DNA from: Candidatus Saccharimonadales bacterium
GTDB taxonomy: Bacteria > Patescibacteriota > Saccharimonadia > Saccharimonadales > OMJO01
Reading direction: 5' to 3'
Length of the DNA: 53,979 bases
Assembly: GCA_038213615.1 (NCBI GenBank)
Contig: JBBQSV010000002.1
Coordinates: forward strand, 1-53,979
This document shows positions 7,185-15,692 of this stretch, piece after piece. The notes under the pieces were generated by a model that did not search any database, was not told the DNA's origin, and saw nothing but the letters and a program-made list of their open reading frames with translations. Position numbers and translations under genes: made by a program. Every line of letters begins with the position of its first letter. Position 1 is the first letter of the stretch.

Positions 7185-8417
7185 ATGAAGATTTTAGGAA
7201 TAGAAACTAGTTGCGACGAAACTGCTGCCGCGGTGGTGCAAGACGGCCACAAACTACTATCTAATGTCGTTGCCACTAGCATGGATTTACATGCCCAGTA
7301 CGGTGGTGTGGTGCCAGAGATAGCCGCTCGCAGCCACATAGAATCGATCAACCCCGTGATCCAGCAGGCACTAGATCAAGCTAAATGTACCTGGAGAGAT
7401 ATAGACGGAATCGCCGTGACCTACGGTGCCGGCCTGGGAGGCTCCCTGTTAATTGGTGTCATGACGGCCAGAACGCTGGCGATTACTAAGAACAAGCCGC
7501 TATATGCCATCAACCATGTAGAGGCTCATTTGTACGCCAACTTTATCACGGCCGCTGGAACGCTTTTGCTTACCAAAGAGCAAGGCTCTCTGCCACACAA
7601 AGACTCTTCGGCCGATGCGGCGTTGAGAGCTCCGCTACTCAGTCGCAGTAGTATATCTACAGCTTCTTCCGTTGCTCGCGCTCGCCTTGTCTCGCCTCGG
7701 ACTCCAGTGGACGTGAAACACTGGAAATTGAGCAATCAGACTTATTCCCTGCCTGCCAAACAGCCCCAGTTCCCCATGTTAGGCCTGATCGTCAGTGGCG
7801 GGCATAGTCAGCTGGTGCTGTTTAGGGATCACTTTGACTATGATTTGCTGGGTCAAACTCAAGACGACGCCATTGGTGAAGCCTTTGATAAAGTGGCCAA
7901 GATCTTGGGTTTGCCCTACCCCGGCGGCCCTAGCGTTAGCAAAAAGGCACTAGACGGTGATCCGCTGAAGTATAAACTGCCCAAAGCCAAGATGCCGGGC
8001 TACGACTTCAGCTTTAGCGGCATCAAAACGGCCGTTTTGCGCCTAGCCCAGCAAGAAGTCGGGGAAAGTTACGACTTCCCCTCATTTAAGCTGCCAGAAC
8101 GGCTAAATGAGCGTCAGAAGGCCGACATTGCCGCGAGCTTTCAGCGCGTGGCCATAGAAACGGTTGTTGATAAGGCGTTTCGGGCTTACCAAGAGTTCGC
8201 GCCCAAAAGTGTCATCATCGGTGGTGGCGTAGCCAGCAGTGCCGAGTTGCGTCGGCAGCTGTCCGAACGACTCCCCTTGCCCATTAGCTACACCGATCCA
8301 AAACTGTGCACCGATAATGGGGCCATGATTGCTGCACTCGGGTGTTTTAAGGCCAACCACAAACAATCCATGGTTAACCCTTACAGCCTAGAGATTCAGC
8401 CAAACCTGTCCATGTAA
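7185..8417 (+). CDS. tsaD: tRNA N6-adenosine threonylcarbamoyltransferase with a ~68-aa internal insertion
   Basis: N-terminus MKILGIETSCDETAAAVV, plus SGGHSQL, DDAIGEAFDK, PYPGGP and CTDNGAMIA. An extra low-complexity segment lies between HVEAH and FPMLGLIVSGGH. Confidence 0.9.
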   Translation: MKILGIETSCDETAAAVVQDGHKLLSNVVATSMDLHAQYGGVVPEIAARSHIESINPVIQQALDQAKCTWRDIDGIAVTYGAGLGGSLLIGVMTARTLAITKNKPLYAINHVEAHLYANFITAAGTLLLTKEQGSLPHKDSSADAALRAPLLSRSSISTASSVARARLVSPRTPVDVKHWKLSNQTYSLPAKQPQFPMLGLIVSGGHSQLVLFRDHFDYDLLGQTQDDAIGEAFDKVAKILGLPYPGGPSVSKKALDGDPLKYKLPKAKMPGYDFSFSGIKTAVLRLAQQEVGESYDFPSFKLPERLNERQKADIAASFQRVAIETVVDKAFRAYQEFAPKSVIIGGGVASSAELRRQLSERLPLPISYTDPKLCTDNGAMIAALGCFKANHKQSMVNPYSLEIQPNLSM

Positions 8418-8426
8418 CACCCCTAC

Positions 8427-8510
8427 CCCGTAGTAGATCTTTGAGTCGCTTTGCTCAGAGCAAAGCCGGTATTTACCTCCGGTAAATAACCTCAAAGGCT
8501 TACTACAGGG
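8427..8510 (+). repeat. Structured intergenic repeat, copy 2
   Basis: Same element as 2289-2397. It lies between the convergent genes tsaD and 8550-9209. Confidence 0.8.
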
Positions 8511-8549
8511 CCTACTCTCTAGAAATTGCCCCTAATCTTTCGATGTAGG

Positions 8550-9209
8550 TTAGGCAACAAACTCTACTGGTCTAACTTCTTCTACCATATCTCTGTGCCA
8601 AGCTGCGAACTCTTCCGGCTCCAGAACATCCTTTGCCCATAAATTCATATTGCTGAGCATCATGCCTTCGGCTGCATAGCCAGAGCTAGCGTAGGGGTCC
8701 ATGTCTACCAGAATCATCTCATCCTGATCTGGCTCATAAATATATTGCCCAATATGGCCTATATCCGACAAAAACAACTCTTCACTCGCGTGCTTTGTTA
8801 GCAAATAGTTTGTCAAATTAAACAGCAACCTACGTGCAGCCGGACGGGCCACCTCTGCAAGCGCATGATCGGACGTGCTTTCGATGCCGTCTTTGTAGTC
8901 ACTCACAGCCACATACCCAATCTGTCGATCACGATAATGACCAATGATAGGCTCAAAGCCAGCATGCGGTACATGAAAGTCGTCCTTGAGTTCCTTGAAT
9001 AGGCTTCGTACTTTCGACAACCTATCAACAAGATCATCAACTTCGTGACCATCGCGAATACCGTCAAAGGCTTGTACGCTGCCAGTCCTAACCCCTTTGT
9101 CGTGACCCCTACCATTACGTCCTCGCATAGTTAGTCCAGTACTACTTTTAGGCTCTAGGTGTTCTAGGTCCAGGGGCAGGTGTTCGGGAGTTTTGATATT
9201 TTTCGACAT
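8550..9209 (-). CDS. Hypothetical protein
   Basis: I trimmed the ORF to the Met at 9209 (MSKNIKTPEH), because TTGACA-17-TATAGT sits 9 nt upstream (leaderless start). The longer 9305 start would lie upstream of that promoter. Confidence 0.6.
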   Translation of the reverse strand: MSKNIKTPEHLPLDLEHLEPKSSTGLTMRGRNGRGHDKGVRTGSVQAFDGIRDGHEVDDLVDRLSKVRSLFKELKDDFHVPHAGFEPIIGHYRDRQIGYVAVSDYKDGIESTSDHALAEVARPAARRLLFNLTNYLLTKHASEELFLSDIGHIGQYIYEPDQDEMILVDMDPYASSGYAAEGMMLSNMNLWAKDVLEPEEFAAWHRDMVEEVRPVEFVA

Positions 9210-9218
9210 TACAGATGT

Positions 9219-9247
9219 ACTATAGCAAAATATAAGCATTTTGTCAA
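9219..9247 (-). promoter_or_regulatory. Sigma70-type promoter TTGACA-17-TATAGT, 9 nt before the ATG
   Basis: The minus strand reads ttgacaaaatgcttatattttgctatagt. Confidence 0.6.
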
Positions 9248-9305
9248 TGTTGCTTATGCTATTCGCCTCTGTTAATATAGCTTTGAAAACAAACACGGAG
9301 TTCAT

Positions 9306-9691
9306 TTCACTACTGGGATTGAAGACGAAAAGTTCAGCCGGCTATAAGCTCTGACTTTTCTTACGACAAGGTTTAGTTGGCACTAAGCCGCGAAGTAAAA
9401 AAGACAGAGATGGTAGCTGGATGGATTTTGCAGTCAATAACGGTAGTGAGATGGACTCCACGGGTACTACCACGAAGTCCATCGTGGTCGCACACAAAAT
9501 CAGTTAGCTAAACAGGGAAGTACAGAGGGTTTTCGTTCGCTAGACAGCGAAGAAACCTTGTGTAGTTTTGTCTGTTTTCACGTGAAGTCAGTGGTAAAAC
9601 TAATGCTGACTGGGATACCCGTAATCTAACCGAGCGGGGAACAGCGTGGCCTTTTAATTACAGAGGTGATATGATGGATCAAAGGTAAAAT
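9306..9691 (+). promoter_or_regulatory. Long structured region upstream of valS (possible leader/attenuator)
   Basis: Two mutually exclusive hairpins (atggact/agtccat versus accacg/cgtggt, about 9451-9498). An 11-bp hairpin near 9527-9556 is followed by a T-rich tract. A 33-codon uORF at 9410-9511 contains adjacent Val codons. Confidence 0.25.
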
Positions 9692-12325
9692 ATGAGCTTA
9701 TCTAAGGTCTACGAACCAGCCAAATACGAGGATGATATTTACGCCCTTTGGGAAAAGAAGGGGGCCTTTAAAGCCGACCCTACCTCTGATAAAGAACGTT
9801 TTTCGATAGCCATGCCACCCCCTAACGAAACCGGCACTCTGAGCCTGGGCCACGCTATGTTTACAATCGAAGACATTATGGTCCGCCACGCCCGCCAACA
9901 GGGAAAGGACGCCCTGTGGCTGCCCGGTACAGACCATGCCGCCCTGGCTGTAAATGCCATCATTGAGAAGAAGTTAACTGACGAAGGCACCAACAAGCAC
10001 CAGATCGGCAGGGAAGATTTCTTGAAGCGGACCCGGGAATTCGTAGGCGATAGCCGCGACACTATGATCAAACAAATGCGGGCTATGGGCTTTAGCGCCG
10101 ACTGGTCGCGTCTGCGCTACACCCTAGATGATTCACTGAACCGCATGGTTAACGAAACGTTTCAAAAAATGTATCAAAAAGAGTTGATTTACAGGGGTCA
10201 CCGAATTGTAAACTGGGATCCAAAATTAGAGACAAATGTATCTGACGACGAGCTAGAACATGTAGAAGAAGAGGGTGTGTTTTATACCTTTCAATACGGC
10301 CCATTCCAAATCGGCACCGCTCGGCCAGAGACTAAGTTTGGCGACAAATACGTGGTCATGCACCCAGACGACAAACGCTACGCCCAGTACAAACATCGCG
10401 ACACCTTTGAGGCAGAGTGGATCAATGGGCCTATCAGCGCCACGGTTATCAAAGACAAAGCCATCGATATGGCCTTTGGCACCGGTGTTATGACTATTAC
10501 TCCCTGGCATGACCACACCGACTTTGACATTGCCGAACGCCACCAGCTAGACAAAGAACAGATCATTGATTTTACCGGCAAATTATTGCCAATTGCTGGT
10601 GAATTTACCGGTATGCACATAGAAACCGCCCGCCCCAAAATTGTCGAAAAACTTCGGGCCAAGGGGCTTGTTGTCAAAGAAGAGCAGGGGTATCTGCACA
10701 ATGTGGCCATAAATAGCCGCGGCAAGGGCAAAATAGAGCCCCAGATTCGCCTGCAGTGGTTTGTAGACGTAAACAAACCCGCCGTACGCTGGAAAGGGGC
10801 CGAGAAGAGCTTAAAACAGGTTATGCGCGACGTTGTAGAGTCTGGCGACATCAATATTACGCCCAAGCGGTTCGAGAAGGTTTATTACCACTGGATAGAT
10901 AACCTGCGTGACTGGTGCATATCACGCCAGATTTGGTGGGGCCACCGTATCCCGGTTTGGTACCGAATGGTTGATAGCCAAGAACAAACTTACGTTGGTA
11001 CTAGGCCGCCCAAAGACGATAAATCTGGCGAACCGTGGCAGCAAGATCCGGACACGTTAGACACTTGGTTTAGTAGTGCTTTGTGGACCTGGAGTACACT
11101 AATCGACCAAGAAAAAGCAGCTGATTATTCCCTAAGTTTAGAGGAGCTATTTAAGCTCAGTCCGGACTTTCAGGCCTATCATCCGACCTCTGTTATGGAG
11201 ACCGGTTGGGACATCCTGTTCTTTTGGGTGGCCCGGATGACTTTGGCGACTACTTTTATGACAGGGCAGGTGCCATTTAAGGACGTTTACCTGCACGGCA
11301 TGGTGCGAGCCGAAGACGGCAAAAAGATGAGCAAATCCCGACCCGAATCGATTGTTGATCCGCTGACTTTAATACCAAAATATGGCACCGACGCTATTCG
11401 TATTTCGTTGGTGTGGGGTACCTCGCCGGGCAGTGACTTTAACTGGAGTACGCCCAAACTAGAATCGACCCGCAATTTTTGTAACAAATTATGGAATGTG
11501 GCTCGCTACATAGAAGCCACCATTGGCGACAGTAAAATTGACCTGGCCGACCTAAAAATCGATACACCAACAGATCACTGGATGATGTCTAAATTGCAAC
11601 ACACGACCAAGTCAGTTGCCTCACATTTAGATAAATTCCGATTTAGCGAAGCCTTTGATGAGCTGTACCACTTTGTCTGGGACGACGTGGCCGATTGGTA
11701 CATAGAAGCCAGTAAGACTCAGCCTAATCTAAATATGCTGGCCTACGTTTTGGACAGCACTTTGCGGTTGTTGCACCCCTACGCTCCATTTATGACCGAG
11801 GCCATATGGCAAAACCTAAGCTGGACTAACCAGACCATGTTAATCACGGCACCGTGGCCAAATATCGCCAAAATGCCCGCAGTAGATGCCAAAAAGGCCC
11901 TGCAATTTGATGCAATCAAGCAGTTGGTAACAGAGGTAAGATTCATCTGTAACACTCTAGAACTGCACAAACCCAATCTAATTTACGAATCCTCGACCCT
12001 GCTAGAAGAAAACTCACAGCTCGTTGCTAAGCTGGCTGGACTGGGTGCAATAGAGCAGGGGACTGGGCAGGGAATTAAACTGTCGCAAACCAAAGAGCAA
12101 GCTTGGCTGGATGTGGACACTAAAACGGCGGCTAATTTTGTAGCTCAGCTGAAATCCAGGGCCGAAGAGCAGGGGAAGGTAGTCAAAAATCTAGAGGGCC
12201 GTTTGGCCAACAAAACGTATGTAGCTAACGCACCCAAACATATTGTGGATCAGACCAAAGCTCAACTGGCCGAGGCCCAGGGACTATTAGATAAGTTAGT
12301 TGAAAGCTATAAGCGTTTTAAATAA
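9692..12325 (+). CDS. valS: Valine--tRNA ligase
   Basis: 877 aa. Class I signatures PPPNETGTLSLGHA (HIGH-like) and KMSKS, with a C-terminal coiled coil. Confidence 0.92.
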   Translation: MSLSKVYEPAKYEDDIYALWEKKGAFKADPTSDKERFSIAMPPPNETGTLSLGHAMFTIEDIMVRHARQQGKDALWLPGTDHAALAVNAIIEKKLTDEGTNKHQIGREDFLKRTREFVGDSRDTMIKQMRAMGFSADWSRLRYTLDDSLNRMVNETFQKMYQKELIYRGHRIVNWDPKLETNVSDDELEHVEEEGVFYTFQYGPFQIGTARPETKFGDKYVVMHPDDKRYAQYKHRDTFEAEWINGPISATVIKDKAIDMAFGTGVMTITPWHDHTDFDIAERHQLDKEQIIDFTGKLLPIAGEFTGMHIETARPKIVEKLRAKGLVVKEEQGYLHNVAINSRGKGKIEPQIRLQWFVDVNKPAVRWKGAEKSLKQVMRDVVESGDINITPKRFEKVYYHWIDNLRDWCISRQIWWGHRIPVWYRMVDSQEQTYVGTRPPKDDKSGEPWQQDPDTLDTWFSSALWTWSTLIDQEKAADYSLSLEELFKLSPDFQAYHPTSVMETGWDILFFWVARMTLATTFMTGQVPFKDVYLHGMVRAEDGKKMSKSRPESIVDPLTLIPKYGTDAIRISLVWGTSPGSDFNWSTPKLESTRNFCNKLWNVARYIEATIGDSKIDLADLKIDTPTDHWMMSKLQHTTKSVASHLDKFRFSEAFDELYHFVWDDVADWYIEASKTQPNLNMLAYVLDSTLRLLHPYAPFMTEAIWQNLSWTNQTMLITAPWPNIAKMPAVDAKKALQFDAIKQLVTEVRFICNTLELHKPNLIYESSTLLEENSQLVAKLAGLGAIEQGTGQGIKLSQTKEQAWLDVDTKTAANFVAQLKSRAEEQGKVVKNLEGRLANKTYVANAPKHIVDQTKAQLAEAQGLLDKLVESYKRFK

Positions 12326-12350
12326 ATCGATAGTGGAGTAGGATGGAATT

Positions 12351-12593
12351 ATGGGTATATTTCACAAACATCAGGAAACCCCTGACCAAAATATTAAACC
12401 GGGCACGCCGGCAGATATTGCCAACGACCCCCGTTTTGGCACAGCTGCCGAAACTGAAACCAGAAGACGACTTGCCGAGCAAGGCGGTTCTGCCGCATTG
12501 TCCGAGGTAATTGCATTTGATGAAGATAGAGGACACGAAGCACGCAGACCAGAGCCACCAACCAGTGCCGGCAACCCACCGCTCAGATCTTAG
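12351..12593 (+). CDS. Small hypothetical protein
   Basis: 80-aa ORF with GGAG/AGGA upstream. Its composition is disordered and it overlaps the convergent gene by 4 nt. Confidence 0.3.
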   Translation: MGIFHKHQETPDQNIKPGTPADIANDPRFGTAAETETRRRLAEQGGSAALSEVIAFDEDRGHEARRPEPPTSAGNPPLRS

Positions 12594-13438
12594 GCTTCGG
12601 GTTCTAATAGGCTGCGGATCTGTTGCACGCTGTCGGCTGGACGGTAATCGTCGAACCACCAGACGTGCCAGCCCATTTTTTCGGCAGCCATCAGGTTAGT
12701 CCGCTCGTCATCGACTAGCAGAATCTCGCCTGGCTGAACGCCGCTTTTGACTTGAGCAACTTCGTAGATCTTGGCTTCTGGCTTGATGCTGCCCACCTGT
12801 GATGAATCAATTATGGCAGCGTAGGGAACATTCGGGATTAGACTACGCTGCATCAGTTCCTGGACCATGCCCGGCATAATATTGGTCAATAGACCAACTT
12901 CATAGTTTTGGGACACCCAATTGAGCAGCTCTGGCATCTCGTCTATGGGATCGACGGCTTCTAGGTAGTAATCTTGCCAGCGCACTCCAGGCACCCCCAA
13001 ACGGGCAGCAAACTGCTGATTAAACTCGTCTAGACTGATCTGGCCGCGGCAGACTTCGTCGTTGTAGTGCCAAAAGGCCGACTCTACCAGATCGGCCCGT
13101 ACGCCGGTGTCTAGTGACAGTTTGGTGAAAGCCTGATGAAAAAACCGCACCAAGCAACCGTTAACGTCAAAATATACAAACCGCACGCCACTTTTGGAGC
13201 GTTTCTTGGTAGTTTGGGGGGTTGTAGGTGCAAAGTCGCCCATCAAATCGTTTAACGACGTACCTAGCGCCCCAGCAATACTCTGGATGGTAAAGATAGA
13301 CGGCGCCTTGATGGCCCCACGCTCGATTTTGGCTAGGGTAGAGTAGCTAAGCCCCGCCTTTTGACACAGCTGCTGCTGCGTTAGGCCGCTAGCCTTACGT
13401 GCATTTTGTAATAACCGTCCCAAACCCACTTCATCCAT
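12590..13438 (-). CDS. XRE-family HTH domain fused to a HAD-superfamily hydrolase-like domain
   Basis: N-terminal HTH LTQQQLCQKAGLSYSTLAKIERG. HAD-like motifs FDVNGCLV (motif I with the second Asp replaced by Asn) and LLVDDERTN. I set the start at the ATG at 13438, which has AAGGAG 9 nt upstream. Confidence 0.7.
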   Translation of the reverse strand: MDEVGLGRLLQNARKASGLTQQQLCQKAGLSYSTLAKIERGAIKAPSIFTIQSIAGALGTSLNDLMGDFAPTTPQTTKKRSKSGVRFVYFDVNGCLVRFFHQAFTKLSLDTGVRADLVESAFWHYNDEVCRGQISLDEFNQQFAARLGVPGVRWQDYYLEAVDPIDEMPELLNWVSQNYEVGLLTNIMPGMVQELMQRSLIPNVPYAAIIDSSQVGSIKPEAKIYEVAQVKSGVQPGEILLVDDERTNLMAAEKMGWHVWWFDDYRPADSVQQIRSLLEPEA

Positions 13439-13515
13439 CCCGTTAGAGCTCCTTGCCTTTGTAGACAATCATTCAACCTACCCCCATCTAGCCCCGCAGA
13501 AAGCTCTAACGGGAT
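13437..13515 (-). promoter_or_regulatory. 14-bp perfect inverted repeat spanning the start codon of the XRE-HAD gene
   Basis: atcccgttagagct (13437-13450) and agctctaacgggat (13502-13515). In the mRNA this hairpin would occlude the AUG and part of the SD. Confidence 0.45.
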
Positions 13516-13585
13516 CCATTGGCATTATCATACCAATTTATTGGGACCACGACTAGCCACTTGCGGCTAGTTATTTGAGTGAAGG

Positions 13586-13762
13586 CTAGTGAAACAAGAT
13601 GGATAACAGGGTCAAAAACAGCACCACGCCGCCCACGCTCGCCATGCCGGCTACGATCAGACTGTTTTGAGTGTTGCCACCAGTACGCCGTTGGATTTTG
13701 CTGTAAACCCAGGCGCCAACGCCTATGCCAAATACTACTGCAATAAGAAAATTAGATCCCAT
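13586..13762 (-). CDS. Possible 58-aa two-helix membrane peptide
   Basis: My own translation, since it is below the ORF-track cutoff: MGSNFLIAVVFGIGVGAWVYSKIQRRTGGNTQNSLIVAGMASVGGVVLFLTLLSILFH. The SD is weak. Confidence 0.3.
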   Translation of the reverse strand: MGSNFLIAVVFGIGVGAWVYSKIQRRTGGNTQNSLIVAGMASVGGVVLFLTLLSILFH

Positions 13763-13810
13763 GCCCTAATCTTAACAAAGCTTGGGTATCAACCCAAGCT
13801 CCACAGCCTA

Positions 13811-13842
13811 GTACAATTTCGTCCGATCGGACGAAATTGTAC
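13811..13842 (-). terminator. 32-nt perfect palindrome downstream of the HIT gene (probable terminator)
   Basis: gtacaatttcgtccgatcggacgaaattgtac. There is no clear U-tract. Confidence 0.4.
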
Positions 13843-13862
13843 TTCCGAATATGAAGCGATGG

Positions 13863-14258
13863 TTAAAAACGTAGTCGGTTGGCCATTTCGGTTAAAACTG
13901 TATGATCTGGCTCGGCATCTAAGTCTGGTTCATTCCTAAACTCTGTACCGGTGTTAATGGGGAATATCTTTATGTGGGCATGTGGTACATCAAGGCCTTC
14001 GACCATAATTCCAACTCGTTTTTTTTCTGGGAAAACTTGTTTTATTTTGTCGGCAATTTTACGAGCAGCCTCCCAGATGGCCCGATAATCATCATCTGGC
14101 AAGTCATAAACAGTCTCGGCCGGATTCTTGCTGACCAATAACACGTGTCCTGGCTGGATGGGGTGGATGTCCATAAAGGCCAGCGTTTTGTCGTCTTCGT
14201 AAACTTTGTGGCAAGGGACCATGCCTTTGATGATTTTGGTAAAAATACTGTCCTGCAT
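13863..14258 (-). CDS. HIT (histidine triad) family protein, variant triad
   Basis: GHVLLVSK, and a triad that reads HAHIKIF (H-x-H-x-K). TGGTACACT lies 6 nt upstream of the ATG. Confidence 0.75.
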   Translation of the reverse strand: MQDSIFTKIIKGMVPCHKVYEDDKTLAFMDIHPIQPGHVLLVSKNPAETVYDLPDDDYRAIWEAARKIADKIKQVFPEKKRVGIMVEGLDVPHAHIKIFPINTGTEFRNEPDLDAEPDHTVLTEMANRLRF

Positions 14259-14282
14259 AAATTTAGTGTACCATCCACCCAG

Positions 14283-14358
14283 CTCTAAAGTTCTGCATCA
14301 CATTGGCGACATGGCCAGTTCACTGGACAACAGGCCAATGTGATGCAGAACTTTAGAG
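14283..14358. promoter_or_regulatory. 25-bp perfect inverted repeat in a divergent promoter region
   Basis: ctctaaagttctgcatcacattggc (14283-14307) and its exact reverse complement (14334-14358), separated by a 26-nt spacer. It ends 1 nt before the ATG at 14360. Confidence 0.5.
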
Positions 14359-14359
14359 T

Positions 14360-15388
14360 ATGCATATTTTGCGCAAAGTGGGGCGCGTTGTTTGTACCAC
14401 CGTATTCGGAATCCTATTGTTTTCAATTGTCTTGGTTTTCGCTGTTAACAACTTGATATCCAGCCCCAAAACCGTTGAGCGCGCTCTGGATAAGAGCGGT
14501 ATATATGACAAATTTTTTGATATTGCGTTCAATAAATCGGACAGTAATGATAAATCTAGTGACACTGGGTTCTCACTAAGTGACCCCAAGGTGCAACAGA
14601 TTGCTGGCCGAGCACTGCCACCGGCCAAGCTAAAACAAATTGTAGAAACCGCCCTGGATGGTGGCTACGCCTATGTTAAGTCTGGTGCTCAATCGTCGGT
14701 GGTTATAGATTTGAGGAGTTCAAAGGTTGTCTTTGCCGCCGGCATGTCTAATTACGCCGTTCAACGACTAGCCAAACTACCAGTCTGTAGCCAGGCCCAA
14801 CTTTTGGCTCAAGGCAGTGATGTCGACCCATTTAGCGCCAAATGTAAACCCGGTAACATCAACATCGTGGCGCAGAAGAAAAAAGTATCTAAAGACATCA
14901 TCACCAGCAAAGACTTGCCAGACACCATAAAACTAGACTTTGCACACGCTAAAAGCGTCGACAAGGGCAGAAACAAGGTGATTGGCCTAGACCTGGCCAA
15001 AACCAAACAGGCTGGAATATTGTACGACGCAGTTAATATCGGTCCCTGGGTACTCATGGGCCTAGCCATAGTGTTTGCCGGATCAGCTCTATGGTTAGCC
15101 GAAGACAAAAAGAGAAGCTTGAAATCGCTCAGCATACTACTACTTGTGAATGGCAGCATACTCTTGTTAATCAGCCTGTTGCTGCTTGCTGGTGCCACCA
15201 AGTCTATACACTCAACCAGTGATAGCGCCGCGCTCCAAGCCGTTCTGGTAGCCGGGGTTCAGTCACTTGTTAAAACGTTCGCCGGTGTTCTAGTATGTGC
15301 CAGTGGCATCTATCTGATATCTGGAGGAGCACTACTAACTATATACAACCACCTACTAAGCACACCCGGGTCGTCAGCAAAACGTTAA
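14360..15388 (+). CDS. Membrane protein, hypothetical
   Basis: 342 aa, with an N-terminal TM helix and several C-terminal TM helices. Confidence 0.65.
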   Translation: MHILRKVGRVVCTTVFGILLFSIVLVFAVNNLISSPKTVERALDKSGIYDKFFDIAFNKSDSNDKSSDTGFSLSDPKVQQIAGRALPPAKLKQIVETALDGGYAYVKSGAQSSVVIDLRSSKVVFAAGMSNYAVQRLAKLPVCSQAQLLAQGSDVDPFSAKCKPGNINIVAQKKKVSKDIITSKDLPDTIKLDFAHAKSVDKGRNKVIGLDLAKTKQAGILYDAVNIGPWVLMGLAIVFAGSALWLAEDKKRSLKSLSILLLVNGSILLLISLLLLAGATKSIHSTSDSAALQAVLVAGVQSLVKTFAGVLVCASGIYLISGGALLTIYNHLLSTPGSSAKR

Positions 15389-15405
15389 CAGCACTATCAC
15401 GCTAC

Positions 15406-15663
15406 CTAAAGTGGACTTTTGTTTATTGCAACAAACCGGTCAAAGCCTGCCCGGGTTTTTAGGTTAAGACTACTGAGCTCGTTTGCTTCTTTTTTGGCAG
15501 CCTCAAGCCTGCCCCTGGAAGCGGGATCAACAGAGGACATAAGTTCTTGCTGGCTAACATGCTTGACTGCCGGCTTTCTATTCCTCATGTAATATACAGA
15601 ACCTGCAACGCCCGTAACTATTACTACGAGTAGGACCACTGATGTAAGTAATTTTTTATTCAT
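15406..15663 (-). CDS. Small membrane-anchored protein, hypothetical
   Basis: 85 aa, with an N-terminal TM helix. Confidence 0.5.
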   Translation of the reverse strand: MNKKLLTSVVLLVVIVTGVAGSVYYMRNRKPAVKHVSQQELMSSVDPASRGRLEAAKKEANELSSLNLKTRAGFDRFVAINKSPL

Positions 15664-15692
15664 ATACCATTCCTATTAAATCATTTGACTAT

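Noticed and set aside
7550-7755. The TsaD insertion as a degenerate in-frame copy of the three-way-junction repeat.
   Set aside because: Only short, patchy similarities (gtagta.at.ct, caaaga.ct) that could be chance. There is no alignable stem architecture.
9451-9500. T-box riboswitch upstream of valS (GGGTACTACCACG resembles the T-box core GGGUGGUACCGCG).
   Set aside because: The UGGN that must pair with the tRNA NCCA end is absent (ACU instead of GGU). I found no specifier-loop or AGAGA/K-turn arrangement. I keep only the generic description of a structured leader.
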